In this document: piece after piece, positions 23,280-34,512 of the stretch
Numbering within the stretch: position 1 is the stretch's first letter
How the letters are laid out: every line of letters begins with the position of its first letter
Assembly: GCF_001194135.2 (NCBI RefSeq)
Contig: NC_068988.1
Coordinates: 74,272,212 to 74,321,301, forward strand
Source: Octopus bimaculoides
Lineage: Eukaryota
Reading direction: 5' to 3'
Length of the DNA stretch: 49,090 nt
Program-made: the position numbers and the translations under genes
The notes under the pieces: generated by a model
Databases searched by the model: none
What the model saw: only the letters and a program-made list of their open reading frames with translations
What the model was told of the DNA's origin: nothing

Positions 23280-26200
23280 ATACTGGCACCAGACATCCCA
23301 CTCTGGCTGGTCTCTGGATAATGTCAATAGAGTGGGGAGGGTCTATGAGGGTCATGCAAGCCTTATTGGACCTAAAACTCTGCAAAGGCATTGCTGACCT
23401 CTGCTTGATATGTGCTGCATTTTTTTCTTATATATATTTATTTTATTCTCAGTATATATCTTTATTTTTAGTATATATTTATTTATTTTTTTTTTTTGGA
23501 AGTCCTGCGGCAATGGGATGGTGGCAAAGCATGCAGACCAGATGGCTTAGAAGCATGCAGTCAGCGACCTGGATGTAGGTGGTCCATGCTAGATATAAAG
23601 TCATCTCCTTGTCGCCCAAGACAGCAATAGGATTCAGTTGCTACATGGGTGTCTGAACAGTTCCATTTGGAGAGGGCACTGCTCACCCAGAGGCCTAGGA
23701 GGTTCTAGAAAATGTGAACCAAAAATTGCCTGTCTTTCTTTATCTGGTCAGTTTAGTGTGACTGATGGATATCCACCCTGCACTCGAAAAACAAAGAGAC
23801 TTTTTTTACAAATTCTGGATGGAACTTGAACATTTCATGTTGGAATGTGTGCACTCTGTTGGATAGCAAGAGTGATTGTAGGCCTCAAAGATGCACTGCA
23901 CTTGTTGCTCGCAAGCTGAACTGCTATAACATTGATATAGCTGCACTTTCAGAGACTCGTAAAGGTGATGGTCAGCTTGAGGAAGTAGGAAGTGGACACA
24001 CCTTTTTTTGGAAGAGGTGGCTGAAGGAGAAGTGCAGAAAGGCTAGTGTTGGTTTTGCAGTTCAATCTGAAATCCTTAAGAAGTGGGAGGAGCTTCCTGT
24101 CCCTATAAATGAACATCTAATGACTATGATTGCACCTGAAAGGTGGGCGTTTGCTACTCTAATAAATGCCTATGCACCTACTTTGACTGGTTGTGATGAA
24201 GATGAAACTATTTTTTATACCCAGCCAAGAACCATACTTAGGAAAATCCCCAATTCTGAGAAAGTTATTCTACTGGGGGATTTCAATGCCAAGGTTGGGA
24301 CAGACTGGCAAACAATGGAATTCTCTAGGATGTTTTGGTGTAGGGAAAATGAAAAGCAATGGTCTCATGCTGCTGGAGCTTTGCAACGAACATGGACTTT
24401 TACATCACAAGCACCACACAACATGGATGCATCCAAGGTCTAAAGTTTGGCATTTTCTGGATTATGTCATCATCTGCAAGCATGACATCTATGACATTTG
24501 TAATGTCAAGTCCTTTCGTGGATTGGAATGCTGGATAGACCACAGTCTGGTGTGAGCAATGTTCCGGATGATGATTAGAGTGAAAGAGAGAAGAGGGCCA
24601 GTTGGCATTCCTTGATGTCTGAATGTCCACAAGATATATGATGCTGTGTTGAGGAAAGCGCTTCAGACTCGCTTGTCCAGCATTGAAAATACTACAGTAT
24701 GGGAAGATTTTTGAGACAAGGTTCTTCAATGTACGACTGAAACACTGGAATATGTTACTGTCAGATACAGAGATTGATCTGATGAAAATGATGCTAAAGT
24801 TCAGCGACTGTTGGTTGTGAAGTGCCATGCCCACAATGTATTGCTGCACAGAAGACTTTCAGCTGTGCAGCGAAATCTAACACTTGCCCACTATAGCAGC
24901 TTAAAATCATTTCTGCAGCGACTCTCGGGAAGATGGTGAACACTTGGTGGGAGGACCTTGCTTATGATGTTCAGGCTGCTGCTGATGCAAATGACAGCAA
25001 GAAGTTTTACCATCTTATGAAGCAAGTTTATGGGTCTAAGAGCTCTGTATCAGTTCCTTTGCTTTCAAAGGAGTCTTCTACTCTAATTACTAAATCAACA
25101 GAAATCACAGGTTGCTGGACTGAACACTCCTCAGAACTCCTAAACCATGAGTCAGTTGTGGATGAAACAGTGAGTGATACTATGCAACAAAGACCTACCA
25201 TTGGCTCCTTAAATTCCATGCCCTCAATAGATGAGGTAATGACAGCAAAAGTAAACTGAATCTTGGTAGAGCACCTGGAAGGGATAGAATTTGTGCTGAG
25301 GTCTTGCGATTTGGTGGTGATTACAGTCCCTTCATGAACATAGTGTAGTCTAGAGGGATGGTGCAATGCCTAAGGACTGGAAGGATGCAATTATTCCTCT
25401 CTATAGAGGAAAAGGAGCCAGAATAATGTGTGGTAAGTACAGAAGTATTGCTCTAGTATCAGCTGTTGGCAAGATCTGGGCAAGTATTCTTCTTACCCGC
25501 CTGAATGGGTGTCTAATAAATGATGTCCTATCTGAATCTCAATGTGGTTTCCAGTCTGGTAGAGGGACAATGGATATGATTTTCACAACAAAATAGATGC
25601 CGGAGAAGTGCTATGAGCAAAATATGGATCTTGTCCAAGTATTCATTGACTTAACCTCTGATACTGTGCATAGGGCCTTGCTATAGAAAATACTTGGCAA
25701 ACTTGGATGTCCGGGTCACTTTGTATCGATAATTAAATCATTTCATGATGGGGATGAGGCTTGGGTCAATGTTGATGGTGGCATGGTGGGACCCATTCCT
25801 GTAGAGAATGGTGTCAAGCAGGGTGACATTCTTGCCCTAACTCTCATTTCTTTGTACTTTGCTGCTGCTTTTACTCATGCTTTTGCTAAGGTTAGCTTTT
25901 TTGGGCATGTATGTCTGGTAATTGATCTTCTAGCCGCCTCTTTAATCTGCGCCGATTTGTTGCCAATTCAAAAGTTTTCTAGTCTCTTATTTGTGACCTC
26001 CTATATGCAGATGTCTGTGACTTATAGTTCCTAATACAGTGGATGACATGCAAATACTTGTGGATCATATTTCTGCTTCTTGCAAATCATTTAGACTCAA
26101 CATTAGCCTGAACGAGACTGTTGTAATGTTTCAGAATGCACCAGGAAATCCATATGTGGAACCAGCTATCTTGGTTGAAGGAACAATACTGAAAGTGGTA

Positions 26201-27025
26201 GACAAGTTTGTCTACCTGGGTAGCACACTCAGCCATTATCACTCTCTGGATGATGAAATACATCTTTTAGGCTGCAGAGAGCAACTGATTCCTTTTGGTC
26301 TCTTGAGTGTTGTGTCTGATCCCAGCATAGCATCACAAGGCAAACAAAAATTGCTGTGTACCATGCATGTGTACTGACATCGTTTCTTTACTCATGTGAG
26401 ACATGGACCCTTTACAAACGTCATGTAAAGGTCCTTGAACGCTTTCATCAGAAATATCAGACACATTCTGAATGTTAGCTGGACCTTAAAAACTCCAGGC
26501 ACACAGGTCTTGAGGAAAACTGATATCTTGAGTATTGAGGCAATGGTGCACAAGCACCAGTTGCATTGAACTGGACACCTTATTAGAATGAAGGATAGCA
26601 GGAACCCTAAACAGATGCTATATGGGGAATTTGTCAGTGGAAAGAGACCCTGGCAGAAACCAAAGCTGTGATTTAAGGACTGTGTCAAGTCCTCATTAAA
26701 GGCTTGTGATATGCAGAAGACCGACTGGGAGAGCAATGCCTGTCATTGCCACAGATGGAGGAAGCAGGTTAAGGAGGGGGTCGACACCTTTGAAAGAGCA
26801 TGTATTCTTCATGAAGAATTTAAGCATGCTGCTCGAAAGTGCACTGCTAGAGTAGTGAATGGGGGAAAGCTTGGTTTGCAATGCTTGCAGTCTTGCATGC
26901 CTGTCAAGAGCAGAGCTCATTAACCAGAGCTGCAAATGCGAAATATAAGTTATTCCTAGAACAAACAATGTTCCTAAAGGTCAGCAAAGGTCTTCCTTGG
27001 TCACGAGTGGACGGCCATCATATGT
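23280..27025 (+). mobile_element. Near full-length RTE (BovB-like) LINE, degenerate
   Basis: APE: NISCWNVCTLLD...IAALSETR and ILLGDFNAKVG (23826-24443). RT: ESQCGFQSGRGTMDMIF, GVKQGDILA, DLLYADV (about 25995-26010), KFVYLG. C-terminal Cys region; many frameshifts. The 5' boundary is approximate. Confidence 0.9.
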
Positions 27026-27029
27026 ATAT

Positions 27030-27435
27030 ATTTTCCCCCAAACAAATTTCCTTATAATCACGATCTATGCCATTTGAAAGACGTTTCAGTAAAATTTCAT
27101 CAGAAGATATCCATTTTATACTTCATATTGAGGGAAAAAATCGGATCGTGTGAATTTTCTGAAATCCTCTTCCCACCCCTTTGGAAAACATTTTCCCCCA
27201 GAAATTTTGATAATTTTTTTTTACAATCAAAATCTATGCCATTTGAACGGTATTTCTATAAAATTTCAGCAATATATATCCATTTTCCTGAAGGTTATGA
27301 GGGAAAAATTGGATTGTGTGAATTTTCCAAAAGTCCTCTCCCCACCTCCACGTAAATTTTTGTTTTCATATTCGTTTTCCACACATTTTTTTTACACCTA
27401 TTAGACTGTTTTTTTGTTTTTGTTTTGGTGTCCAA
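27030..27435 (-). mobile_element. Right arm of the inverted-arm DNA element
   Basis: Reverse complement of 22839-23110, with an extra tandem module (ATCTATGCCATTTGAA...TGTGAATTTTC occurs twice). Confidence 0.7.
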
Positions 27436-28010
27436 GTAACCAATCAAAATAATAAAAGCCAAATGAAAAGTCAAGAATGATGAGAGAAGTTCTTGGCTTA
27501 TTTACCCTGTCTGCTTAAAGACACAAAATATTTATCAGGACGTTGATAGAACACCAAGTTGCTCTACATACATATGTACCTTAAACATGTACATTACAGT
27601 ATGTTATTCCCATATATTAATGCTCATCTGAGATTATTACTATGCATGATTACAAATTACCTAAACTCATAGAGTTAGTAGTATTGTTGATAATTTTTCC
27701 CTTACCTTAACCTGGTCTTTTTTTTTAGGACTAGAAGGATAATCCATCATACTTCTGCAACACCTGTATTTTTCTGAGATATCTTTAGTTAATCATCAAG
27801 ACTGGAGTGTCTTTCAAATATTACACCTACTGTCTGATGTACAGTGTGAAAATCATGAGGGAAAGGATACACTCAGTTTCATTTGTTATTCGATCAAAAA
27901 TTTTTCGGTAAGTAGTACTTATGTCCAATCCATATTTGTATATAGTATAAATAATTGTCCTAACTGTCCTATAAAGTCAAGAAAATCTTTGAAAGTAATT
28001 TTGCTCTAAA

Positions 28011-30295
28011 AGTTTGGTCCTAATATAAGGACCATGGTCACTAGACCTCCATTTTTTCCGTTTTCTATGGATGTTGCATAAAAGAGAAAATGGTTTGCAG
28101 GGGTAAATTTTTCATGCTGAGAACATTTACTATGTATAAACAGCTGTGAAAAATATATATTTTTTATTTGTTATTCTTATTTTAGTTTTATTTTCAAATA
28201 CTCTTCCATGGCTTTCTACCATTCAGTCAAGTCATTCTGTTCAGTTCATGATGCAATAAATTATGCGGAAGAAAACAAGTCTCCTAGTGATGAAAACTTT
28301 GATATTGTTGAAATTCCTCCACCAGTAAATGAACAAACTGATGAAGAAGACTTTGATGATGAGATTTTATATGACGAGAACAGAGATCTGACATTTACCT
28401 TGCAGGATGTGCCAGGAAGGGTTGAACTTCATTGGTATGATAATGAAGAAGAACTAACACAACCAAAAGGAAAAAGAAAGAAAAGCTCAGATTTCTCTTG
28501 GAAAAAGACTGCCTAAATTTTCAATATTTGCATCACCAACTACTGATGGAGCAGATGAAAGAATGAAATCAATGAAAGATAAAGTACTTGGTAAGAGACC
28601 AGTTGAGACTTTTTAACCTTTCCTTGAGGAAGATTTACTAAATGAAATTTGCAGAGAATCTGGCACTTAATCCACACAGAAAAATGTACATGATTTTAGT
28701 CTGTCAACAAGTTGTCTGAGAAATTTCATTGGAATCCTACTTTTTCCAGGATACCACAGACTACCAAGTGAACAACATTATTGGAGTGTGTCTGAAAACC
28801 TTGAAACTTCAATTATTCAAAAAAAAAAAATAATACCAAGAAACAAATTTCTAAGCATCGAAAGGTTTCTTCATTTTGTTCACAATGAAAATGCAGAAAA
28901 CTACAAAGATGATAAAGAATTCAAAATTAGACTGCTAGCTGATGCTCTGATTCAGAAGTTCAAGCAGTTTGGAATATTCTCTAAGAGACTGTCTATAGAT
29001 GAACAGATAGTAAAATAATATGAAAAATGCTCTCTAAAACAATTTATAAGAGGTAAGCCATTAAGATTTGGTTTCAAGCAGTGGGTGCTTTGTTGTGCCA
29101 CTAGTGGCTATTGTTTTCAAATGGATTTATATCAAGGAAAGCAAAAAAATCTTACTTCCAATACCAAGAATGATGACAGTCTAGGTTCAAGAGTGGTTTT
29201 ATCAATGACCAATCACCTAGAGACCCCCAATGATCATGAAATTTATGTTGATAACTTCTTCTCAAGTTATAGCCTTATTTGTACAAAAGAAACCCTTAGG
29301 AATCAGAATCACAGGTACAGTACATTCAAATAGAACATCCAAATGTCCCCTGAAGGATGACAGAACTCTGAAAAAGGAAAATCATGGGTCATATGACTAC
29401 AAATTTGAAGAAAAGGAAGAACTCTTTTTTTTTTAAATGGCATGACAACAATGTTTTCACAATTGCAAACACTCATTAGTCTGCCACCCCTGTTGGTAAT
29501 GCTAAAAGATGGTCAACCAGTCATAGAAAGGAAATATTTGTTCCTCAGCCATTTCTCATATCCAAGTATAACAAATGTATGGCTTATCCAAAGGTATCAC
29601 ATCTCTGTTACATCTAAGAAGTGGTACTTTAGTCTATTCACAAATTTCCTTGATACTATAATGGTTAATTCCTGGATTGTATATTGTTTTGCAAATGGAA
29701 ATACTTTGATATTACTAAATTTCAAGAGGTCAGTTACACAAGCTTATTTGGAGTTAGCCTCAGATTCTGATCCCAAAAATTCAGGACGGCCAAAAGTATT
29801 TTCTTCAAAAGTAATACCAGAAATTAGATTTTCTACTACTGGACATATTCTTGATAGAGGGAGGGAAACAAAGAAAATATGCCTTTTGCTAAAAAGGGTT
29901 TCAAAACAATGTGTAAAACATGATGTTAGTCTTCATATGGGTGAATATTTCAACAAATGGCATTTGAAGCAATCTATATTTAGATTGTTCAGAAAAAAAA
30001 TTACTTTTTATTCTTTTTTTTTCAAGTAATATGCATTTCATTTGAATTAATAAATAAATAAAAGTGCATTTTTATTTTTATTTTCCTTTTTGAAATCAAG
30101 TATTCTATTTAAAAAATCCTGTTTTTTTAACAAAAGTACCCCATATTCCCATGGTCCTAAAAAAGGACCAAACTAAAAATGTATTTTCTTCTTAGAATAT
30201 TGTAATAATATTTTTTATATATATTTAGTATCAATGTTGTATTAAAAAAGGATTTTTGCTAATAAAGAAAAAAAATTTGGGCACTAATGGGTTAA
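28011..30295 (+). mobile_element. piggyBac transposon with pseudogenised transposase (about 28208-29980)
   Basis: RLSIDE (Asp 28998), KPLRFGFKQW, YVDNFF (Asp 29250), KKWYFSLFTNFLD, decayed C-terminal Cys region. Right end ...CACTAATGGG then TTAA (30292-30295). Subterminal inverted pair at 28011-28037 and 30149-30174. Left TIR not found. Confidence 0.9.
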
Positions 30296-31109
30296 AGACA
30301 CCAGTATCATGGGTAAAAGGTTCCTCGCAAAATTTAAAACATCTACACATCCAACCCATGCTAAATCCAAATACATGACACAGCAAAATAAGAATCACAT
30401 ACCAACAAAGAAGCCTCTATATAGTTGTGTGACCTGCTAAAAATAGCAAGCAATTCCTCCCCACCAAAAATCCATCGTCATAAAAAAAAGGAAGGATACA
30501 TGCGTTAACATAGTTCTGGATATAAATATATAGGATAGTCACAACTAAAAGAGCTTTAATCAATCACAGGTGTACTCAGTCATGTTACACTACGACTAAA
30601 CACTTCTTGGGCTTATATTTCATTCAAAACGAATCTTCATTGGTCACTAGAAAAAACAATAAAAATTTAGCATTAATTCAGTAGCCGGAAAAAGAGTCTC
30701 AAAGCAAAGTCACATTTTATTTCATTACTATAAACAATTGAAATAATAAAACAAAAAATATATTAAATCAGTTATTAACTGATAATACGTGACTGATACA
30801 CAATTTTTACACATATAGAAAAAAGTTTTTTATTCAATTTCTTAAGTAAAGTAAGATCATGTAAAAATGGTGACTTTTTCCTGGACGCCATATAATTATG
30901 CGAGGATGCAGATACATGCATGCAGACAGATAGACATCGCACATATATCTACAAAAAGTAAGTTGAATTATGAAAAAATTGCGATGTGTATCAGTATGTC
31001 TATGTGCGCACCCAACAATTTTTTTCCTTTTCTTTTTACATTAAAATCTGATATAACCGTTTTAGTTGGGTGTGTTCTATCTAGTGGTTGCCACTATAAA
31101 GTTCTTAGG

Positions 31110-31379
31110 TGTAAATGAGATACATCAGTCTAGCTGTGTGTGACTACACAAGTCGAGTGGCCAGGAGACAGGCGAAAAGCCAAGCACAAGACAGAAAGTG
31201 CCAGAGGGAGCCAGGCAAAGAGAGAATTGCATCGTACATCGCTTTTTATAGTTGACCGGTGGTAATGCCATCTGTTGGCAATCCTACCAGAAGTTGCAAC
31301 ATATCCCAGAATATTCTGTAGTGAAGGAAGGAACACAACTCTCATTTATTTACCTGTCTCTCAGATAGAGTCTGCCACA
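31110..31379 (-). mobile_element. 3' LTR (270 bp) of the Gypsy element
   Basis: Minus strand TGTGG...TTACA termini, immediately preceded by polypurine tract AGGGGGAG (31391-31384). Confidence 0.7.
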
Positions 31380-33940
31380 GATACTCCCCCTTTCGACAAC
31401 CAGTCAAAAACGTCAGTGCTCTGAGATGGGGGACCAGAAAGAAAGACAAGCTACGTTACAAATATTTACAACAAAGCAGAAAATGTATGCGACTGAGGTA
31501 AAGCAGAACATAAAAAACATAACAATCTCAAATAACAAAATGAATACACGTGAAGTGAAACAAAAAAAACAGTTCAAAAGGTGATGCATTAAAAGGAAGT
31601 TTAAATATAAACAGTCTGGCATAGTCTTTTTTTGGCCAGTGTACACGACGATCACTACGAGTCATCGTGACATGTGTTGATGAAGGGAAAGGTGCATGTG
31701 CTTTTGGAGGTGGTGATTGCATGGGTGCGGTGCTTGTAGTTTGTGTATTGGAGGGGAATGTTTAGCTCTGGAGCGAGGGCCTCAGAAAAAGCATGCTTCA
31801 CCTTATCTATAGACACTGTTTCTTTTCTACCGTGAATGTCTATGGTGAAGAGTTTTTGGATCTTGTGAAGTCACGATAGGGTCCTTTATATGGTTGTGTG
31901 AGAGGACCTCTCACACAGTCATCCCTAAGGAACACGAGTCCAAGTAGTGATGTCTGCTGGAACAGTCTGATGTTGAGAAGACATCAGTGGAAGATCTGTA
32001 AAGTTTGTAGTCTATGTACATAAGATGAAGTATCTTGAGTAGATAAGTCCACAGGTGCCAACATCTGGCCTGGTAGGGATAATGGTGAACCATAGAGAAG
32101 TTCAGCTGGAGAGTATCCTAGGTCCTCTTTCACTGATGAGTGGCAACCCGAAAGAACAACAGGTAGGTATTCACTCCATCGATGAGGATCCAGATAGGCA
32201 TGTAACGACACCTTTAATTGATGGTGGAACTGTTCCATCATGCCATTCAAGGCTGAATGATAACTAGTCATCCGGATATGGCAAACTCCTAAGATGCTTG
32301 GAAGTCAATGGAAAAGCTGGGATTCAAATTGCCTCTCGCAATCAGTAGTAATCTGTAATTGAACACCAAAACGTGAAATCCAACTTCATATTAGGGTTTA
32401 CACCACTGATTATGTGCTGATATTGACAAGAGATGGCTTCAGCCAACATGAAAAGTGGTCAATACATGTAAGTATATAAATGAATCCATGACTAACTGGC
32501 CAGGACCAACCAAGTCAATATGGATGTGTTGGAAATGAGCGTCCAGATTTTCAAAGGTACCAAGAAGTGCACGAACATGTCTCTGTACTTTAGAGTGCTG
32601 GCATTGCAGACAAGAACATGACTACACAGTTCTGGCCGAATATTGTCGCATATTCGGCCAGAAAAAATGGGCCATAATAAACTTTACTGAAGCCACTATG
32701 CCCGGATGCAACAAGGTGTGGAAAAAGCTAAAAACAATCAAACAATGTGATTCAGGAACAAAAGGACAAGGTAAACCTGTAGAAACATCACATAATATAT
32801 ATCGGTCAGCAATCGACAAAGGCAGGTATTTGAATTTACAATGTGCAAACTCAGCAGATGAAGTGTCCAATGAAGGAGGTTAGTCAGCATCTAATGTGAT
32901 CAAGTCAATCGAAGAAGTGAACGACAATGAACAGACTGGTAGATATGATAATGCATCAGCAACTACATTGCAAGAACTGGAGATATGCTGAATATCGCTA
33001 GCAAATTGCAAGATAAAATCCAGATGCTGTGTCTCTCTAGGTGAGTATTTATCTGACTTTGAATGTAAGGCAAAAGTAAGCGGTTTATGATCTGTGAAGA
33101 TAGTGAAATCTCTTCCCTCGAGAAAATGACAAAAGTGTTTGACAGCTAGGTAAATCACTAACAGTTCTCTGCCAAAAGTGCTATAGCGTGTCTCGGCTGG
33201 CGAGAATAGAATGCCAAAGGTTGCAGATTTCCTTGAGGAGATTGTTGTAAGACAGCACCAACAGCTGAATCAGATGCATCAACAACAAGCAAAAGCTTTG
33301 CATCAGATTTGGGGTGTACTAATAACAATATTTTAGCAAGCTCACTTTTGACAGTTTGAAAATTCTCGGTAAGTGGCAGTGAAAGGAAGATAACCTCATT
33401 CTTTTCCTTGTGATCTTTCAAAAGATAAGTGAGGGGAATCAATTTTTCTGTGCAGTGTGGGATAAAACATCGGTAAAAATTTACCAATCCAATGAAATGG
33501 CGAAGCTGCTTAAGAGAAGTGGGAGCAGGAAGATTCTGAAGGGGTTGAATGTTGCAATGATGTGACCCAAAAATTCTAAAGACAAAGAACCAAATACAGG
33601 CTTGGCAGGGTTAATTTTTGCTTGATAGTCATTAAGAAGCTGGAAAAGCAGCATTAGATGCTGAGTATGTTCCTCCTTAGTAGAACTGGCGATGAGCAGG
33701 TCATCAATATACGCACAGACGAAGTCCAGACCACAAATAACTTCGTCTATAAAACTCTGGAATGTGCTAGCAGCATTCCAAAACCCAAAAGGCATGGAAA
33801 GAAATTCGAAGGATCCATATCATCCAGGCTGAGAGGAATTTGATGATACACCCAGACGAGGTCAACCTTGCAAAAAAACAGTGCATCCATGCAAGGTAGA
33901 AGACAAATCTTGCCGGTGCGGAATAGGGTATCTATAACAT
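31380..33940 (-). mobile_element. Ty3/Gypsy pol pseudogene (RT, RNase H, integrase), 5'-truncated
   Basis: RYPIPH, KVDLVWVYHQIP, MPFG...STFQ, YIDD (33700-33711), VDASDSAVGAVL, FTDHKPL, NVVADALS, HPG...FWPNM, MEQFHHQLK, PYKGPY. Domain order RT-RH-INT. Confidence 0.93.
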
Positions 33941-34105
33941 CCACTCAGTATCACAGTATAATTACAATATCAGCACAGACATAACTATCAACAGTCTACA
34001 CGTACTCTTGACCTTTTGACTCTGTTGACCGGCTACTGGTCTATTTATAATGGCTGGATACTACCACTTTTTATCAGAAGGGGTGTACAGTTTCACTATA
34101 CAACA

Positions 34106-34231
34106 GTAACAAACCAATTATACAACCTTACGCTCATCAGCGTTAGCTGATATGGAAGGGAATATGGCATCATATTCCCTTCCATATTGGCTAACTCTGA
34201 TGAGCATAAAGTTATATAATTGGTTTGTTAC
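34106..34231. repeat. 126-bp foldback (61-bp arms, 4-nt loop) containing a CTGATGAG hammerhead-core motif in each arm
   Basis: Arms 34106-34166 and 34171-34231 have 6 mismatches. CTGATGAG lies at 34197-34204 (+) and 34140-34133 (-). Confidence 0.85.
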
Positions 34232-34384
34232 CTAACACTCCATTTTATTCTTTACGTGAAACTGATTGGTAAAACCAGCTGTGATGGATATTTAACACTA
34301 CATTTCGGATAATATGCCCACTCTACTGACAGATATATGAGTGCATCATTTCCCCCACTTATGGTCTCTTAGACAACTCCTGCA

Positions 34385-34388
<4 letters not shown>

Positions 34389-34451
<63 letters not shown>

Positions 34452-34512
34452 NNNNNNNNNNNNNNNNNNNNNNNNNNNNNNNNNNNNNNNNNNNNNNNNN
34501 NNNNNNNATATA
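34389..34512. repeat. (TG)n(TA)n microsatellite with assembly gap (N 34452-34507)
   Basis: Direct reading. Confidence 0.95.

Noticed and set aside
27701-27770. Further upstream ZF exon (minus-strand AG|GTAAGG donor at 27705)
   Set aside because: No acceptor with a good pyrimidine tract; a single donor match is expected by chance.
30860-30892. Tc1/mariner-like TIR (GGTGACTTTTTCCTGGACGCCATA)
   Set aside because: No partner repeat or coding relic found.
33950-34090. 5' LTR of the Gypsy element
   Set aside because: No similarity to the 31110-31379 LTR and no PBS; gag and protease are absent.
34292-34332. Third hammerhead-like relic on the minus strand (…ATATTATCCGAAATGTAGTGTTAA)
   Set aside because: It resembles the 3' half of the 4843-4885 motif, but there is no CTGANGA core and no convincing stem II.
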